Shown in pieces: positions 10,990-24,555 of a DNA stretch of 64,000 bases. A model generated the notes under the pieces. That model was not told the DNA's origin. It worked only from the letters and a program-made list of their open reading frames with translations, and searched no databases. The stretch lies in assembly GCA_964016885.1 (NCBI GenBank), contig OZ024740.1, forward strand, positions 46,066,001-46,130,000. Reading direction: 5' to 3'. Numbering within the stretch: position 1 is the stretch's first letter; every line of letters starts with the position of its first letter. The position numbers and the translations under genes are program-made. This stretch comes from Eledone cirrhosa (Eukaryota).

Positions 10990-12320
10990 GGGTGTTCACG
11001 AGGTGCATTTATTTGGGAGCGGTGGATAATATCTCGGAGGATGAGGTCACAAGAGCAGTTAAAGAGCTAAAATGTGACAAGGCCGATGAGGAACACAAAA
11101 TCAAGTCCGAAATATTAAAAGCTTTAATAGAAAAGGTATTCTCTAGCTGACTCGTGTGTGCTGGGTGGCTTGGATCGCTGAAAGGCACCTAAGCAATGAC
11201 AATCGGGAGTGATAATCCCAATTTTCAAAAAGGGAAAAAGAGAGATTGTTCTAATTACAGAGGGATCTCCTTGTTTAGCCTCTCCGGTAAAGTGTCTGAC
11301 AAAGAGATGCAGGCGATTGTCGAGCCCAAGCCAACTGACAAACAGTGCGGTTTTCGCCCCGGACGCAGCACAGCCAACCAAAAATTCACACTGCGGTAGG
11401 GTTTCGAGAAATCGTGGGTGTATTGCCAAGAGATATATTCTTGTTTTGTAGACCTCAAAAAGGCATATGACCACATTTCTCGGGACCTGTCGTGGAAGGT
11501 TGTGCAGGAGTATGGGTTCGATCGTCAGCTTCTTGCTGCCCTTATGTCTCTATACGAATGCCCGAGTACTTGTGTTCGGATAAATGGTGCTAAATCGAAA
11601 CAATTCAATGTAAGAGTCGGACTCAGGATTGGCATGCGCAGTCGGGTTGGAAGTGATATCACAACTGGTGAGTGAAAAATCAGTCGGCTGGAATTTGCAG
11701 ACGACATGGTGTTACTTAACTTGACAGGAAGTGATCCACTACTTGCACTTGATAGGTTTGATGCCGAGTGCTGCATGGCTGGAATGGAAATCAGTGCCGC
11801 GAAAACTGAGACACTCGTCCTCTCAAGGACGCTTGTGAATGGAGTTTCACTGAAGCAGGTGGAGAAGTTCAAGTATCTCGGGGTCGTGTTCCTGAGTGAT
11901 GGAATGCAGGAGCCTGAATTAAGTGCAAGAATTGTAAAAGCTGGTGCAGTAATGCGCCAGGTTCAGCATTCGGTAATCAGAAGAAGGGAGGTTGGGTAAA
12001 AGTCAAACTTGCTATCTTCAATTCGCTGTTGTGCCAACCCTTACTTATGGTCATGAATCTTGGGTAATGACCGAAAAAATACGATCGTGAATATAAGTGA
12101 CCGAAATGGGGTTCCTCCGAAGGGTCTTTGGAGTAATGTTACTCGATAGAACGTAGCTCGGAGATCAGAGAGTCCCTCCAGGTAGAGCCGCTACTTCTCC
12201 GCATTGAGAGATCACAGCTCCGATTCTATGGACACGTGGCTAGAATGTCTCGGGAAAGAATCGCTGGACAGATTTTACGAGCAAAGCCAGCCGGTAGGAG
12301 ACCCAGGGGTAGACACCGAG
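10990..12320 (+). mobile_element. Decayed RTE-clade LINE RT region
   Basis: IIPIFKKG, DCSNYRGISL, QCGFRPGRST, CFVDLKKAYDHI, EFADD and KQVEKFKYLG are spread over several frames with stops. Confidence 0.85.
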
Positions 12321-12339
12321 GACAATTTTTCATAACATC

Positions 12340-13169
12340 CATGAGCTTTAAGAAGGCATATGATACGGTGATCCATTCTTGGATTGGTGAATTTCTACGG
12401 ATGTTTGGTATCGCTGACGTCACAGAGTTTCTGCTGAATAGTATGTTTAAGTGGAAAACCAAGTTACGGGGGAGGGAGAAATTAAAAGATATATATTCCA
12501 AGGGGACTCATTCTCACCTGTACTATAGGTTATAGCACTGATACCTATAACACTCATACACGGAAAAATAAAAATAGGCTACCAATTTGGAAAGTAACGG
12601 TCATTCATAAACCACCTTCTGTTTATGGATGAACTGAAACTGTTTGGGAAGTCTGAAAACCAAATAGACTCGTTGGTTAAAACAGCCCAGATATGTAGCA
12701 GTGACATCGGTATGGAATTTGGGATATCCAAATGGGAAATGTGCAGGTTTTATGGTCTGAAAACGGAGGGAAATTGATACAACCATCACCCAGATGCAGT
12801 AACAGGAGGCGAGAAAGTGACAATCCTATGAGATTTCCCTGAGAATACTGACAGAACAATCAAGGCCAACAGATTTGATATAATTGTGAAGGACCATGTT
12901 TCTTAATTGACATGAGCATTCCATCAAATCGTAACTTCTCGAAAGAGTTCAGAAAACCCAGTAAGTGTAAAGATCTATCAATTGAAATTGAGAAAATGTG
13001 GCATCTTATGGCCTGTACAATACCAGTGATAGTCGGCATACTTAGAATGATAAAAAATGGAACCGAAAGATATTTGAACCAGATATCTGGAAAGCCATCT
13101 CTGCAAGAGATACAGAAAATAGTGCTGACTGGCACTCCCCATGTCCTGAGAAGGGCATTATCAATTTAA
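12340..13169 (+). mobile_element. Internally deleted R4/Dong-like non-LTR element (RT remnant + restriction-like endonuclease)
   Basis: KKAYDTVIHSWI, IFQGDSFSP, NHLLFMDELKLF, then TDRTIKAN, LIDMSIP, KDLSIEIEKMW and LQEIQKIVL...LRRALS. Confidence 0.75.
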
Positions 13170-13239
13170 AAACCTTGCAAAGACATTTACTGATGTTTGT
13201 GGCCTAGTGGCATCATCTGTATGACAATTGATTGTAAAA

Positions 13240-13900
13240 TGCACCACAGGGATAGTATTTGTGGTCATCCCCCACATGCGGTTGATCTCTATTTCCAGAT
13301 CTTTGTATTTTGACAGTTTTTCCATTGTTTTTATAGATGTATTCTTGTCAGTTGGTACAGAAATATCTATAAGGCTACATGTCCGATCTGTTTTGTATTT
13401 ATGATGATATCTGGTCTGTTGGCCGCGATTTCTCGGTCGGTTATCACAGACATATCCCACAAGATGGATATGTTGCCCTTTTCCACGACTGGTTTTGGTT
13501 GATGTTCATACCATTTGTTAGAAGTTTGGATGTCATGAGAGCGGTAGAGTGTCCAGTGCACATATTTGGCAATGTGGTTGTGTCTTTCTATAAAGACAAC
13601 TTTTGCCAGCTCTGGACACCCGGAGATAACATGATCTACCGTTTTTTCATATTTGTAGCATATTCTGCATAGAGGGCTAGTCCCATCTTTCACTATTCTG
13701 TATCTATACGCTCGAGTGTTTAGAAATAGGTCATGTGCTGCAACTAAGAGTTCCCCATTCTATGCTTGCAAATCAGCACTTTTGAGCTAGGATTGTGAGC
13801 CATGCTGATCGATATCATGTCAGAAGGTCGTTCTGGGAATCTACCATGTAGTGGTTTTGCCTTCCTTCATGGTTTAGTTCCTCTGTTTGAGGTTTCTTTG
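13240..13900 (-). mobile_element. Second R4/Dong-like fragment (CCHC knuckle + RLE domain)
   Basis: CRIC...TVDHVISGC..LA, RHN, WD...TDR...NRPDII, LIDISVP and EKLSKYKDL. Confidence 0.8.
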
Positions 13901-13983
13901 CTTTGATTTTCACAGTCATAGCTAGCTGTGCAGCACCCTGTTGTTGATATTCTATGGGTATTACTACTTTTTTTTAAGAAATG

Positions 13984-14042
<59 letters not shown>

Positions 14043-14267
14043 TCATTTAAATTATTGACGTATTGTTTTATTGATATTTTTTATCTGTTTGTCCCGAATC
14101 TTCCTCTATCGATTTTAAATCGTATGGTTGATTGTAGACTTGTTCTATATGTGACGGTATTTTAACGATAGTTATAGCTCTGATTCATCTGAATTATTGA
14201 GCCCTCTGCCGCTCATGTCGAATCTCGTTTATCGTGAACTCGTGCGCCGATTTTTCGATACTCGATC

Positions 14268-14306
<39 letters not shown>

Positions 14307-14309
<3 letters not shown>

Positions 14310-14378
14310 GGTGTCCCAAAAATGTATACACACATCAACAGCATTCTAATCAATGTGTATACATTTCTTTGGGACACC

Positions 14379-14381
<3 letters not shown>
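14307..14381. mobile_element. 75-bp Tc1/mariner-like MITE in a (TA)n tract
   Basis: TIRs CAGGGTGTCCCAAAAATGTATACACA and TGTGTATACATTTCTTTGGGACACCCTG, with TA on both sides. Confidence 0.75.
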
Positions 14382-14422
<41 letters not shown>

Positions 14423-14428
14423 GGGGGG

Positions 14429-14655
14429 GGTCACTCTTGAGTGCTACTGGTAACATGTAACCCAGTACAACCTGTCTCATGGTCGGGTCGTCGGCGACTA
14501 AACTGGAAACCCAACCAAGTTTACTTTGTGAGGAGGGTGATTTTGGATACCCTGCAGGACAAAAAACAAAACCTGACAAAGGGCGGAAGAACTCATAAGA
14601 GTCAACGGCCATCCAAAAATGTGTAAATATGTATATACACATGTACATATGTATG
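14429..14655 (+). repeat. Left arm of a 227-bp inverted repeat (partner 19043-19269)
   Basis: Reverse-complement match with one visible mismatch. The twin ORFs 14441-14626 and 19072-19257 differ by one residue. Confidence 0.95.
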
Positions 14656-14958
14656 GGAACATAGAAATAATATATATACTCGACCCGTTGGGTCACGTTC
14701 ACTTCAGAATATTTTTTTAAAGTCATGTTCACTTAAAAATAATTTTTAAATAATTAAAATATACACAAACATGTATATAATGTAAAATGATATTGGAAGG
14801 CCCATATAAATATATATGTATGCGTGTGTGTATGTGTGTGTGCGCGCGCGTGTGTGTGAGTGTGTGTGTATAAATATATATATATATATGGGTGTATGTG
14901 ACCTATATACACCGATCACAGACACACACACACACACACATATATACGTATATATATA

Positions 14959-17900
14959 TCTTGGTTGTCCATCGTAAACGATGATGACATTTTCTTTATT
15001 TTAGTTCCCGTCTGCCATGGACACGAAGGTGGCTGTGGAGGCCGATCCTTGACTTGCAGGTCCGGGGACAGTGGTGGCAGGGGGAGGAGACCGGAGTCGC
15101 TTGGGGCAGCTGTTGATGCCTTTCTCCTTCTTTCACGAGCCTCAGCGACCTCTGCCCGTCTCTTCTCTTCAAAAGAGTCCTTGGCGCGTCTGGTAAGGGC
15201 TCGCCACTCAGTCCTGTCCTGAGCATGGGACTCAAGTTGTTTTGGCGCGAGTCCAGTGTTGTTGATACTGGACTTAACACAGTCTTTGAACCTCTTGAGA
15301 GGCCTGCCCCGCTTTCGTTTCCCCGAACAGAGTTCCCCATACATCAGTTTCTTCCGAAGCCTGTGATCGTCCATCCAGATAACATGTCCCACCCATCGAA
15401 GTGGGCTCTTCAGTATCATAGCTTAACACTGGTTGTCTCAGCCATGTCAAGAACTTCGAGGTTGGAGACCTTGTCCTGCCATTTGATGTTCATGATTGAC
15501 CGCAGGCTGCGCATGTGGAACCGTTCCAGCTGCTTCGGGTGCCTTCTGTACAGGGTCCATGTCTCACATCCGTAGAGGAGGCTGGTGAGAACAACGGCCC
15601 TGTACACCTTGAGCTTGGTGGACTGCCTGATGTTGTGCTGGTTCAGGACGCGTGTCCTCAGGCGGCCGAGGGTTGACTGGCCTTGCAGATTCTGGCGTTT
15701 ATCTCCTTGTCGAGGCTTCCATCGCTGCTGATGAAACTGCCGAGGTACTTGAAGTCGTCCACCGTCTTTAGCTGGGTGCCTCCGATGGAGATGGAAGGAG
15801 GGTGGACGACGGAGGCAGGTGCAGGCTGGAACAGAACCTCAGTTTTGCCAAGGCTAATTGTGAGACCGAAGAGGCAGGAGGCCTCCGCGAACTTGTTGAC
15901 GATGACTTGGAGGTCAGACTCCCTGTGGGCCATGAGGGCACAGTCGTCAGCAAAAAGTGCCTCCAGGACGATCCTCTGCACGGTCCTTGCTTTGGCCGCC
16001 AGGCGCCGCAAGTCAAACAGGGAGCTGTCCAGTCACTATCGCAGATAGAATCCGTGCTCGAGGTCTCAGACGGCATGATTGAGTACGCAGGTGAAGAACA
16101 GGTTGAAGAGGACGGGAGCCAGCCCGCATCCTTGCTTGACGCCGTTGGTGATTCTTAACGGCTCCGATGCCTCTCCGCCCGAGTGCACCTGCCCGGTCAT
16201 GTCGTCATGGAAATTCCGTATCAGGTTCACAAACTTTGTCGGGCATCCAAACTTCGACAGGATCGACCAGAGGGCCTCCCTGTTGACAGTGTAGAAGGCC
16301 TTCGTCAAGCCTATGAAGACGCCAAAGAGGTCCATGTTCTGCTCGACACAGTTCTCCTACACCTGGCGTACAAAGATCATGTCGATCGTGCTGCGGTTTG
16401 GGAGGAACCCACACTGGGCCTCAGGCAGGTTGTCCTCCGAGATGTAGGCGATGAGGCGGTTGAGCATGACCCGAGACAGGACCTTCCCAGCGATGGACAG
16501 GAGAGAAATGCCCCGATAGTTGCCACAGTCAGTTTTGCTACCTTTGTTCTAAAAAGGCGAGACAACTGTGGCATCCCTGAAGTCTTTGGGCACCTCTTCT
16601 TCCTCCCATATGCTGTCGAGGAGGGTGTGGAAGGTCTCCAGAGCAGCTAGTCCGGCCGACTTGAAGATCTCGGCAGGAATCCCGTCCTTCCCAGGGGCCT
16701 TTCCTGAGCTGGTCTGGTTGATTGCCTTCGTGACTTCATCCAACGTGGGGGGGGGGGTCGAGGCTGCCGACTACGGGCTTCTGTGGGACCTGGTCGAGGG
16801 CGGCAGGGTCGACAGTGGAGGGCCTGTTGAGCAGGTTGCTGAAGTGCTCTCTCCACCTCGAGTTGATGCTGCTCTTCTCCTTCAGCAGGATCGAGCCGTC
16901 AGCAGACAGCAGCGGTGTGGTGACAGGCTTGGGGGATCCGTAGACGTCCCCGATAGCGCTGAAGAACATCTTGGAGTTCTTTGTGTCAGCGTATCTCTCG
17001 ACTTCTTCGGCCTTCTTTTCCCACCACTTGTCCTGCATTCTTCGTAGCGCTGCTTGGGTCTGCTTCTGGAGGTGCTTAAAGCGGTCGCGCTTCGAGGTGG
17101 AGGAGCTCTAATTCCTCCACTCAATGAAAGCCCTCCTCTTCTCGTCCAGGAGCTGTCTGATGCGTTTATCGTTTTCATCAAACCAGTCCTGGTGGACTCT
17201 TTTCCTCGGCCCGATGGTTGCCTTGGCTGACTCACCAGCGACCTGAACTGGTCCCACTGTTGAATTGGGGGTCCGGTCAGTGGTCCATGGGCAGTCAGCC
17301 GGCCGTCCAGGTCTTCCGCGAACGCATCACGATGCTCTGGCTGCTTGAGTCGTGCGACGTCGAAAGCTGGCCTACAGACTTTCGGAGTCTTGCGATGCGT
17401 CGGGGTAATGTGCAGTGACAGGATGGTCCTGACAAGGTGATGGTCGGTCCAACACTCTGCACCATGCATGGCCCTGTTGATTCTGACGTCACGGATGTCC
17501 CTCCTGCGGCATATGGCAAAGTCAATTAGATGCAACTGTTTGGATCTGGGGTGCATCCATGTCGTCTTGAACTTATCTGCCTGGCGGAACAGTGTGCTGG
17601 TGATCGTGAGGTCGTTCTCGGCGCAGAAACTCAACAGTATGAGGCCATTGGAGTTCAGCTTCCCTATGCCGTAAGGTCCCAGCACGCCTCTCCAGGTGCT
17701 GCTGTCAGACCCGACTCTTGCGTTGAAGTCCCCCAGTAGGATGAGTTTATCGCTTGGAGGGACGCCCTTCACGAGTGCGCTGAGTTCTCCGTAGAAAGCG
17801 TCCTTTGCTTCATCATTGCTGGTGAGAGTTCTGATGACTGTGACATGCCGAGATGGGTCGAGGGGGAAGTGGAGCTTCATCAGCCGCTCACTCACAGGTG

Positions 17901-19016
17901 TTGGGAGGTCTGTTAGCTGCTTACAGAGCGAAGTCCTGATGGCCAGGTCTACCTCGTGTATTCTGTCCTCGTCTTTGCATTGCCCTTCCAGAAGAAAGTG
18001 TAGCCTCCTTTCGGTTCTGCTACTGATCCTTCTTCGGCAAGTCTAGTCTCGCTGAGGGCAGCTATGTCGATCCGGTAGCGAGCTAATTCCCTTGATATGA
18101 GGGCAGTTCTTTTATCTGGCCTCAAGGAGGTTTCCCTATCCATGAGAGTGCGCACATTCCATGCGCCAAGAATCAAGTTCTTCTTTCTATTATGTTGGTT
18201 TCGACCGCTTGGAAGGGTAAAACCGCCAGCCGCGGTAGACTGGCCGGCTTTGTGTGGGACGAGCATTTGGTTAGGGCTCCTTTTATCGCCCCTCCCCTCG
18301 TGCGAAGGTGAGCAGTGCTCCCCTGAAAAGGGCTGCTCAGTCGCCCGGTGGAACGCCTGATCTCCTTTGTCATCCCAGGGTCAGGAGGAGACGACTTGCG
18401 CATCCAGGCCGCCACGTGTGGGTTTGAGACTGGCAACTCCAAGAGATTACCTCCATCTGTTACCTCCGCCTCTCGCCCATCGCCGCAGGTCTTTGGGAGT
18501 GCACGCTAAAGAAGAAACCTGTGCTGGAAAGGTTTATAGTGGGAGGGCGAGTGCACAGTAACGGTCTCACTCACTCGGCCCCAGAAGCCAGAATCCAGTG
18601 GTACGGAGGACCGTCACGACCAGAGACCTCCTTGGCTGCAGTGGATGGCCACGACGTCTATAGTGCCTTGCCGTGCCCTAACACTCCACACCGCTTGCTG
18701 TCGCCGCCTTCGTGACTGTTGGGACGATGTTGTCCTCCTCCACTCACTCCGCCGGGTCCAGTCTTCGCATGTAGGGGCAGGCATCCCCTATCTAACTCAC
18801 CGGAGGGTTTCAGACCCGTCCGGCTACCCTCAACCTGGTTCGGTCCGCCAGCGAAGGCGGTTTACCAGGGTATCGCCGCTGTCGCATGCTACAGCTTCTT
18901 GGGTCCACAGGTGAGAGCTGAGTGTCAGGTGGGACCCAATGCAGGACGAGCTGTCCTGAAAAGGGCATGACTAGCCCCCCCCCCTACAGAGGTACATGCC
19001 CCTCCCTGACACCCTA
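14959..19016 (-). mobile_element. Near-full-length RTE-clade LINE (APE + RT + C2H2), frameshifted
   Basis: APE motifs GAWNVRTL, ALSETRL, GDFNARVG and TDH. RT motifs YRGISLL, LTKAFYTV, GVKQGC, LFADD and FKYLGS. C-terminal CHHCPRTCKSRIGLHSHLRVH. About 0.75 kb of 5'UTR; 3' end abuts (TA)n. Confidence 0.95.
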
Positions 19017-19042
19017 GGCATATACACACGTATATACATACA

Positions 19043-19269
19043 CATACATATGTACATGTGTATATACATATTTACACATTTTTGGATGGCCGTTGACTCT
19101 TATCAGTTCTTCCGCCCTTTGTCAGGTTTTGTTTTTTGTCCTGCAGGGTATCCAAAATCACCCTCCTCACAAAGTAAACTTGGTTGGGTTTCCAGTTTAG
19201 TCGCCGACGACCCGACCATGAGACAGGTTGTACTGGGTTACATGTTACCAGTAGCACTCAAGAGTGACC
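19043..19269 (-). repeat. Right arm of the 227-bp inverted repeat
   Basis: Reverse complement of 14429-14655. Confidence 0.95.
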
Positions 19270-19329
19270 TGACTATATATATACATACACACACATATAC
19301 ACACAAACTTAGAAAACCTTCCTATTTAG

Positions 19330-20270
19330 CAGGAAATATTCGCTACACACATCCTGTCCTAACACAAGTTATATGATACATATGACTTGATATTCAATCA
19401 CCAAATTTGAGCTAGATACAGTAATGCTGTATTCGATTCTTTGAAGTCCCTTGTTATAATTTCATTCGACACTACAGTCGACTACATACGACTTGACAAG
19501 GATACCTCCGTCACCTGTTACTTCCATTCCCCAAGCCACTCCTTCGTATGTGTCCTTTTGCATCACGGGCCGCAGGCCTCGCACACCAGGGCTGAGCAGA
19601 ACTTGATTTTCCGCCTTGGGTCCAGTTTCCCTAATGGACTCAACTCCCCTCCACAATTTATTTAATCTTGCACATATGTGCTCGCATCTGCTTCTATATG
19701 ACTAACCACTGTTACCTCTACAACGTCAACTGTTACGCGCGCGCACATTCACCCCTTGAGTTTCCCACGGCCATGTTACGATCAGAAACGCACACCCCCA
19801 CAGCTATGTACAGACCAACAACAAACACACACGCACATACACACTCTTATACTTATACACACACATATTCTCACAGCTTTGTACAGACAAATAACACAAA
19901 CACATACACACACGCACATACTTACACACTTATAAACGTACATATCTACTCTAAATACAAAAGGATTTTTTTCCTTTTCAGCACGATATACACGTCTTTA
20001 ATCCCAGCCTTTCAAAAGACGACCAACTGAACTTCCTATACCAAAAGCACTTCAATCAACAGTTCCAAGAGATTACGAAATGAACAGATCTGCTTTTTCT
20101 CGAATAAATGTTTTTCGTTTCTACCCCTGATAACTCTCTTCTATCTATCTATTTTTTCTTTAATTTCTCATTCTGATGAAGTACTAGCGTCCGAAACATT
20201 AAGACTATTCCTTCTACATGAAGCGTGGATCTAATATTTATTTTCAGTGAACCTATTGTGTTTTTTCCGC
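19330..20270 (+). mobile_element. Decayed PLE 3' end (GIY-YIG C-terminus, CA-rich 3' region, minimal HHR)
   Basis: RAEQNLIFRLGSSFPNGLN followed by a stop at 19665. HHR at 20169-20204. Homologous to 22820-23560. Confidence 0.7.
20169..20204 (+). ncRNA. Degenerate minimal type I hammerhead
   Basis: uu-CUGAUGA-a-GUAC-uagc-GUCC-GAA-ACAU-U-AAGA, with mismatches in stems I-III. Confidence 0.55.
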
Positions 20271-20280
20271 ATACTTTTCA

Positions 20281-20551
<271 letters not shown>

Positions 20552-20583
20552 CAGTAATCAAAGTTCAGTTTAAGTCATTTATT

Positions 20584-20630
20584 TGCTTACAATTGTTTCC
20601 TCCAAACCGAGGTTTGGATTCTTCGGAGCA
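20584..20630 (-). ncRNA. Type I hammerhead-like fold, core CCGAAGA (left arm)
   Basis: Reverse complement of 22528-22574. Confidence 0.65.
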
Positions 20631-22527
20631 GCTATTTATAACATACTTGACCTCCTTTTCAACCCAAGAGACACATAAAACATATGCGCATATTGATCAA
20701 CAGTGGGGTGACATTCATCAAATGAAATAGCATGGCAATTTATATATAAAGTGTTACATGATAAAAATAAAATAAAATAAAATAAAAGCAAGAGTGAAAA
20801 TAAGAGTGGAAATAAAGATAAACATGAAGCGTTGGCAGTCTATGAAGATAAAGCAAGAGGAAAGCTTAGAGTAGTCAGTGCATGAAGCAATCTCCCGTGT
20901 AGCATGCACGCTTGTCTTATCTATACATGATTAGAGTGCGTCAGAATGATATTTGCAGGGTCAGGCAGTTGAAGCAGGCAATCGATCTTACTATATAGGC
21001 TGAATTATTAAGTCATTTATTCTCATACATCTGTATGATATACAGTCTCGGATGCGGGGAAACACCAAAATATCAAAAACCTTCAACATACTATAAACCT
21101 TATTGTATCGTAGGCAAGGTCGTACCACTGTCCTTGCTCACACCACCACTCACATAATCCATGAGACGCAATATATATATAGAGAACACGCGTCTATCGT
21201 ATAATTCGCAGTGGTTCAGCATATAGTCAAGCTATAAACCGTATCCAGTCGGTTCTTAATTAATATATCATGCTGTCCAAATTCCGGAAGTGCCTGAATG
21301 ATTAAGGGGAATTAATGCGTAAGGGGAGGTAACTAGCTAGTTATTTTAGTTACATTACTATGCTAAACTACATTAATGGTGATTTAAATACGTGCCTATC
21401 ATGTGAAGTTATAACTAATATCTAGAGTATGGTACCCATTTATAGGTTAGAGAGTTGTTCATTAAGAAGTACAAGGGTGTATATATTAGGATGATTGCCA
21501 ACCATTAATTAAGGAGTGTCATATCTGAACGTTCCATAAGAGGAGTCAGACTCTCAAGTCACTGCTCCATGCAAATGTAATAAAACAGTAGGACCTGGTA
21601 TGGTCCCACTATTATATATGCCACCCGGTAGGCTCCGGGTCATTGCCTGCCTGCATCTCCAGTAAATCTTCGGTATGGTCCGGAGATCCGATCTCTCATA
21701 TAAATGCACTAGTCTGGCCATCAGGTAATAGACAACCCCCGTCTCAAATATAAATCAATTATGTATCACATCTCCAAGCTAGAGTGGAGTCTATTAATAG
21801 GTATTAAAGGAGTCCACATCAAGATGATTACGTGCATAATTCAAAGAACTGATCGCTTACAGTATATAATCACTTAACAATACGATTATCTATCTAATCA
21901 TCAATCTATCTCTTGGTGGTAATCCATGCACAGGACTATGCTATCACAACCAGTACCGTGTCCCCAGTTTATACTAATCTTATATTTGTGCAATGCAGAA
22001 TAAGTAGTCCACGGTCGGGATATCAGTATTAGAGGTACAAGGGGGTATTCCTAGGGTAGGTGGCACTCAAATGCTGTCAGTATTATCTTTAGAGTATAGA
22101 GATGGGTGTGGATGTGAGGTGTAAGGTGTGCTACTGATGTTAATTGCTAGAGGTGGTGCCGGTTCCAGTCTGACATTATTATATATAGGGTTTAAAGTTT
22201 TGGAACGAGTGTCGGAAGCGGTGTTGGCAATTTGCGAACACTTCTGATTTTTTATTAAGGAGATTATGTTTAGAGAAGATGATAGTATGGGTCTCTAGTA
22301 GACAGAGTCTCTTCATAGACTGCCAACGCTTCATGTTTATCTTTATTTCCACTCTTATTTTCACTCTTGCTTTTATTTTATTTTATTTTATTTTTATCAT
22401 GTAACACTTTATATATAAATTGCCATGCTATTTCATTTGATGAATGTCACCCCACTGTTGATCAATATGCGCATATGTTTTATGTGTCTCTTGGGTTGAA
22501 AAGGAGGTCAAGTATGTTATAAATAGC

Positions 22528-22574
22528 TGCTCCGAAGAATCCAAACCTCGGTTTGGAGGAAACAATTGTAAGCA
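22528..22574 (+). ncRNA. Type I hammerhead-like fold, core CCGAAGA (right arm)
   Basis: Stem I UGCU/AGCA; CCGAAGA; A.G pair; stem II UCCAAAC-CUCG-GUUUGGA; GAA; palindromic stem III ACAAUUGU; GUA triplet; AATAAA at 22575-22580. Confidence 0.65.
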
Positions 22575-22819
22575 AATAAATGACTTAAACTGAACTTTGA
22601 TTACTGTAATCTCTATATAACTGCTCTGTATAACAACTGATGTTATTACATTGAGCTATTTATCTTACTGGTAATAGGATAGTAATTAAAGACTATCTCT
22701 CACTATTTAGGGTTTGTGTATATATAATATATTACCATCATAGGTTTTATTGCATACATAACCATAAATAGTACCCTTAATACTATATATATATATATAT
22801 ATATATGTATGTAAAAGGT

Positions 22820-23560
<741 letters not shown>

Positions 23561-23719
23561 GGAGAACAGAAATATGAAGCAGTATATTTAGATACCTTTA
23601 CATTTAGAGAATAATGTCATATTGAACAGATTGCTAATCATCTCAAAAGAAATACAAAAGTTATTTATTTTATTATCAATATTTCAAGCTAAACACTGAT
23701 TATGGAAGATGAGATTATT

Positions 23720-24555
23720 ACAAAACTATGGTAGCTTGTATCACTGCAAAACTATGGTAGCCTTGTATTGTTGCAATACTATGGTAGCTTGTATTATTGC
23801 ATAATTTTGGTAGCTTGTATTATTGCAAAAACTACGGCAGCTTGTATTACTGCAAAACTATGGAAGCTTGTATTATTAGAAAACTATGGTAGTTTGTATT
23901 ATGGCAAAACTATGGTAGTTTGTATTATTGCAAAACTATGGTAGCTTGTATTATTGCAAAACTATGGTAGCTTGTATTATTGCAAAACTATAGTAGCTTC
24001 TATTATTCCAAAACTATGGTGGCCTTGTATTATTCCAAAACTATGGGAGCCTTGTATTATTGCAAAACTATTGTAGTCTTGTATTATTGCAAAACTATGG
24101 TACCTTGTATCATTGCAAAACTATGGTAACTTGTATTGTTGCAAAACTTTGGTAGCTTGTATTGTTGCAAATCTATGGTAGCTTGCATTATTGCAAAACT
24201 ATGGTAGCTTGTATTACTGCAAACCTATGGTGACCTTTTATTATTGCATAACTATGGTAGCCTTGTATTATTGCAAAACTATGGTAGCTTGTATTATTGC
24301 AAAACTATGGTAGCTTGTATTATTGCAAAACTATGGTAGCCTTGTATTATTGCAAAACTATGCGAGCCTTGTATAATTGCAAAACTATGGTAGCTTGTAT
24401 TATTGCAAAACTATGGTAGCTTGTATTATTGCAAAACTATGGTAGCTTGTATTATTGCAAAACTATTGGGGCCTTGTATTATTGCAATACTATGGGGGCC
24501 TTGTATTATTCCAAAACTATGGTAGTCTTGTATGATTGTAAAACAATGGTAGCTT
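23720..24555. repeat. 26-27-bp minisatellite (CAAAACTATGGTAGCTTGTATTATTG), about 30 copies
   Basis: Tandem units visible, with an AGCCTTG 27-bp variant. Confidence 0.95.
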
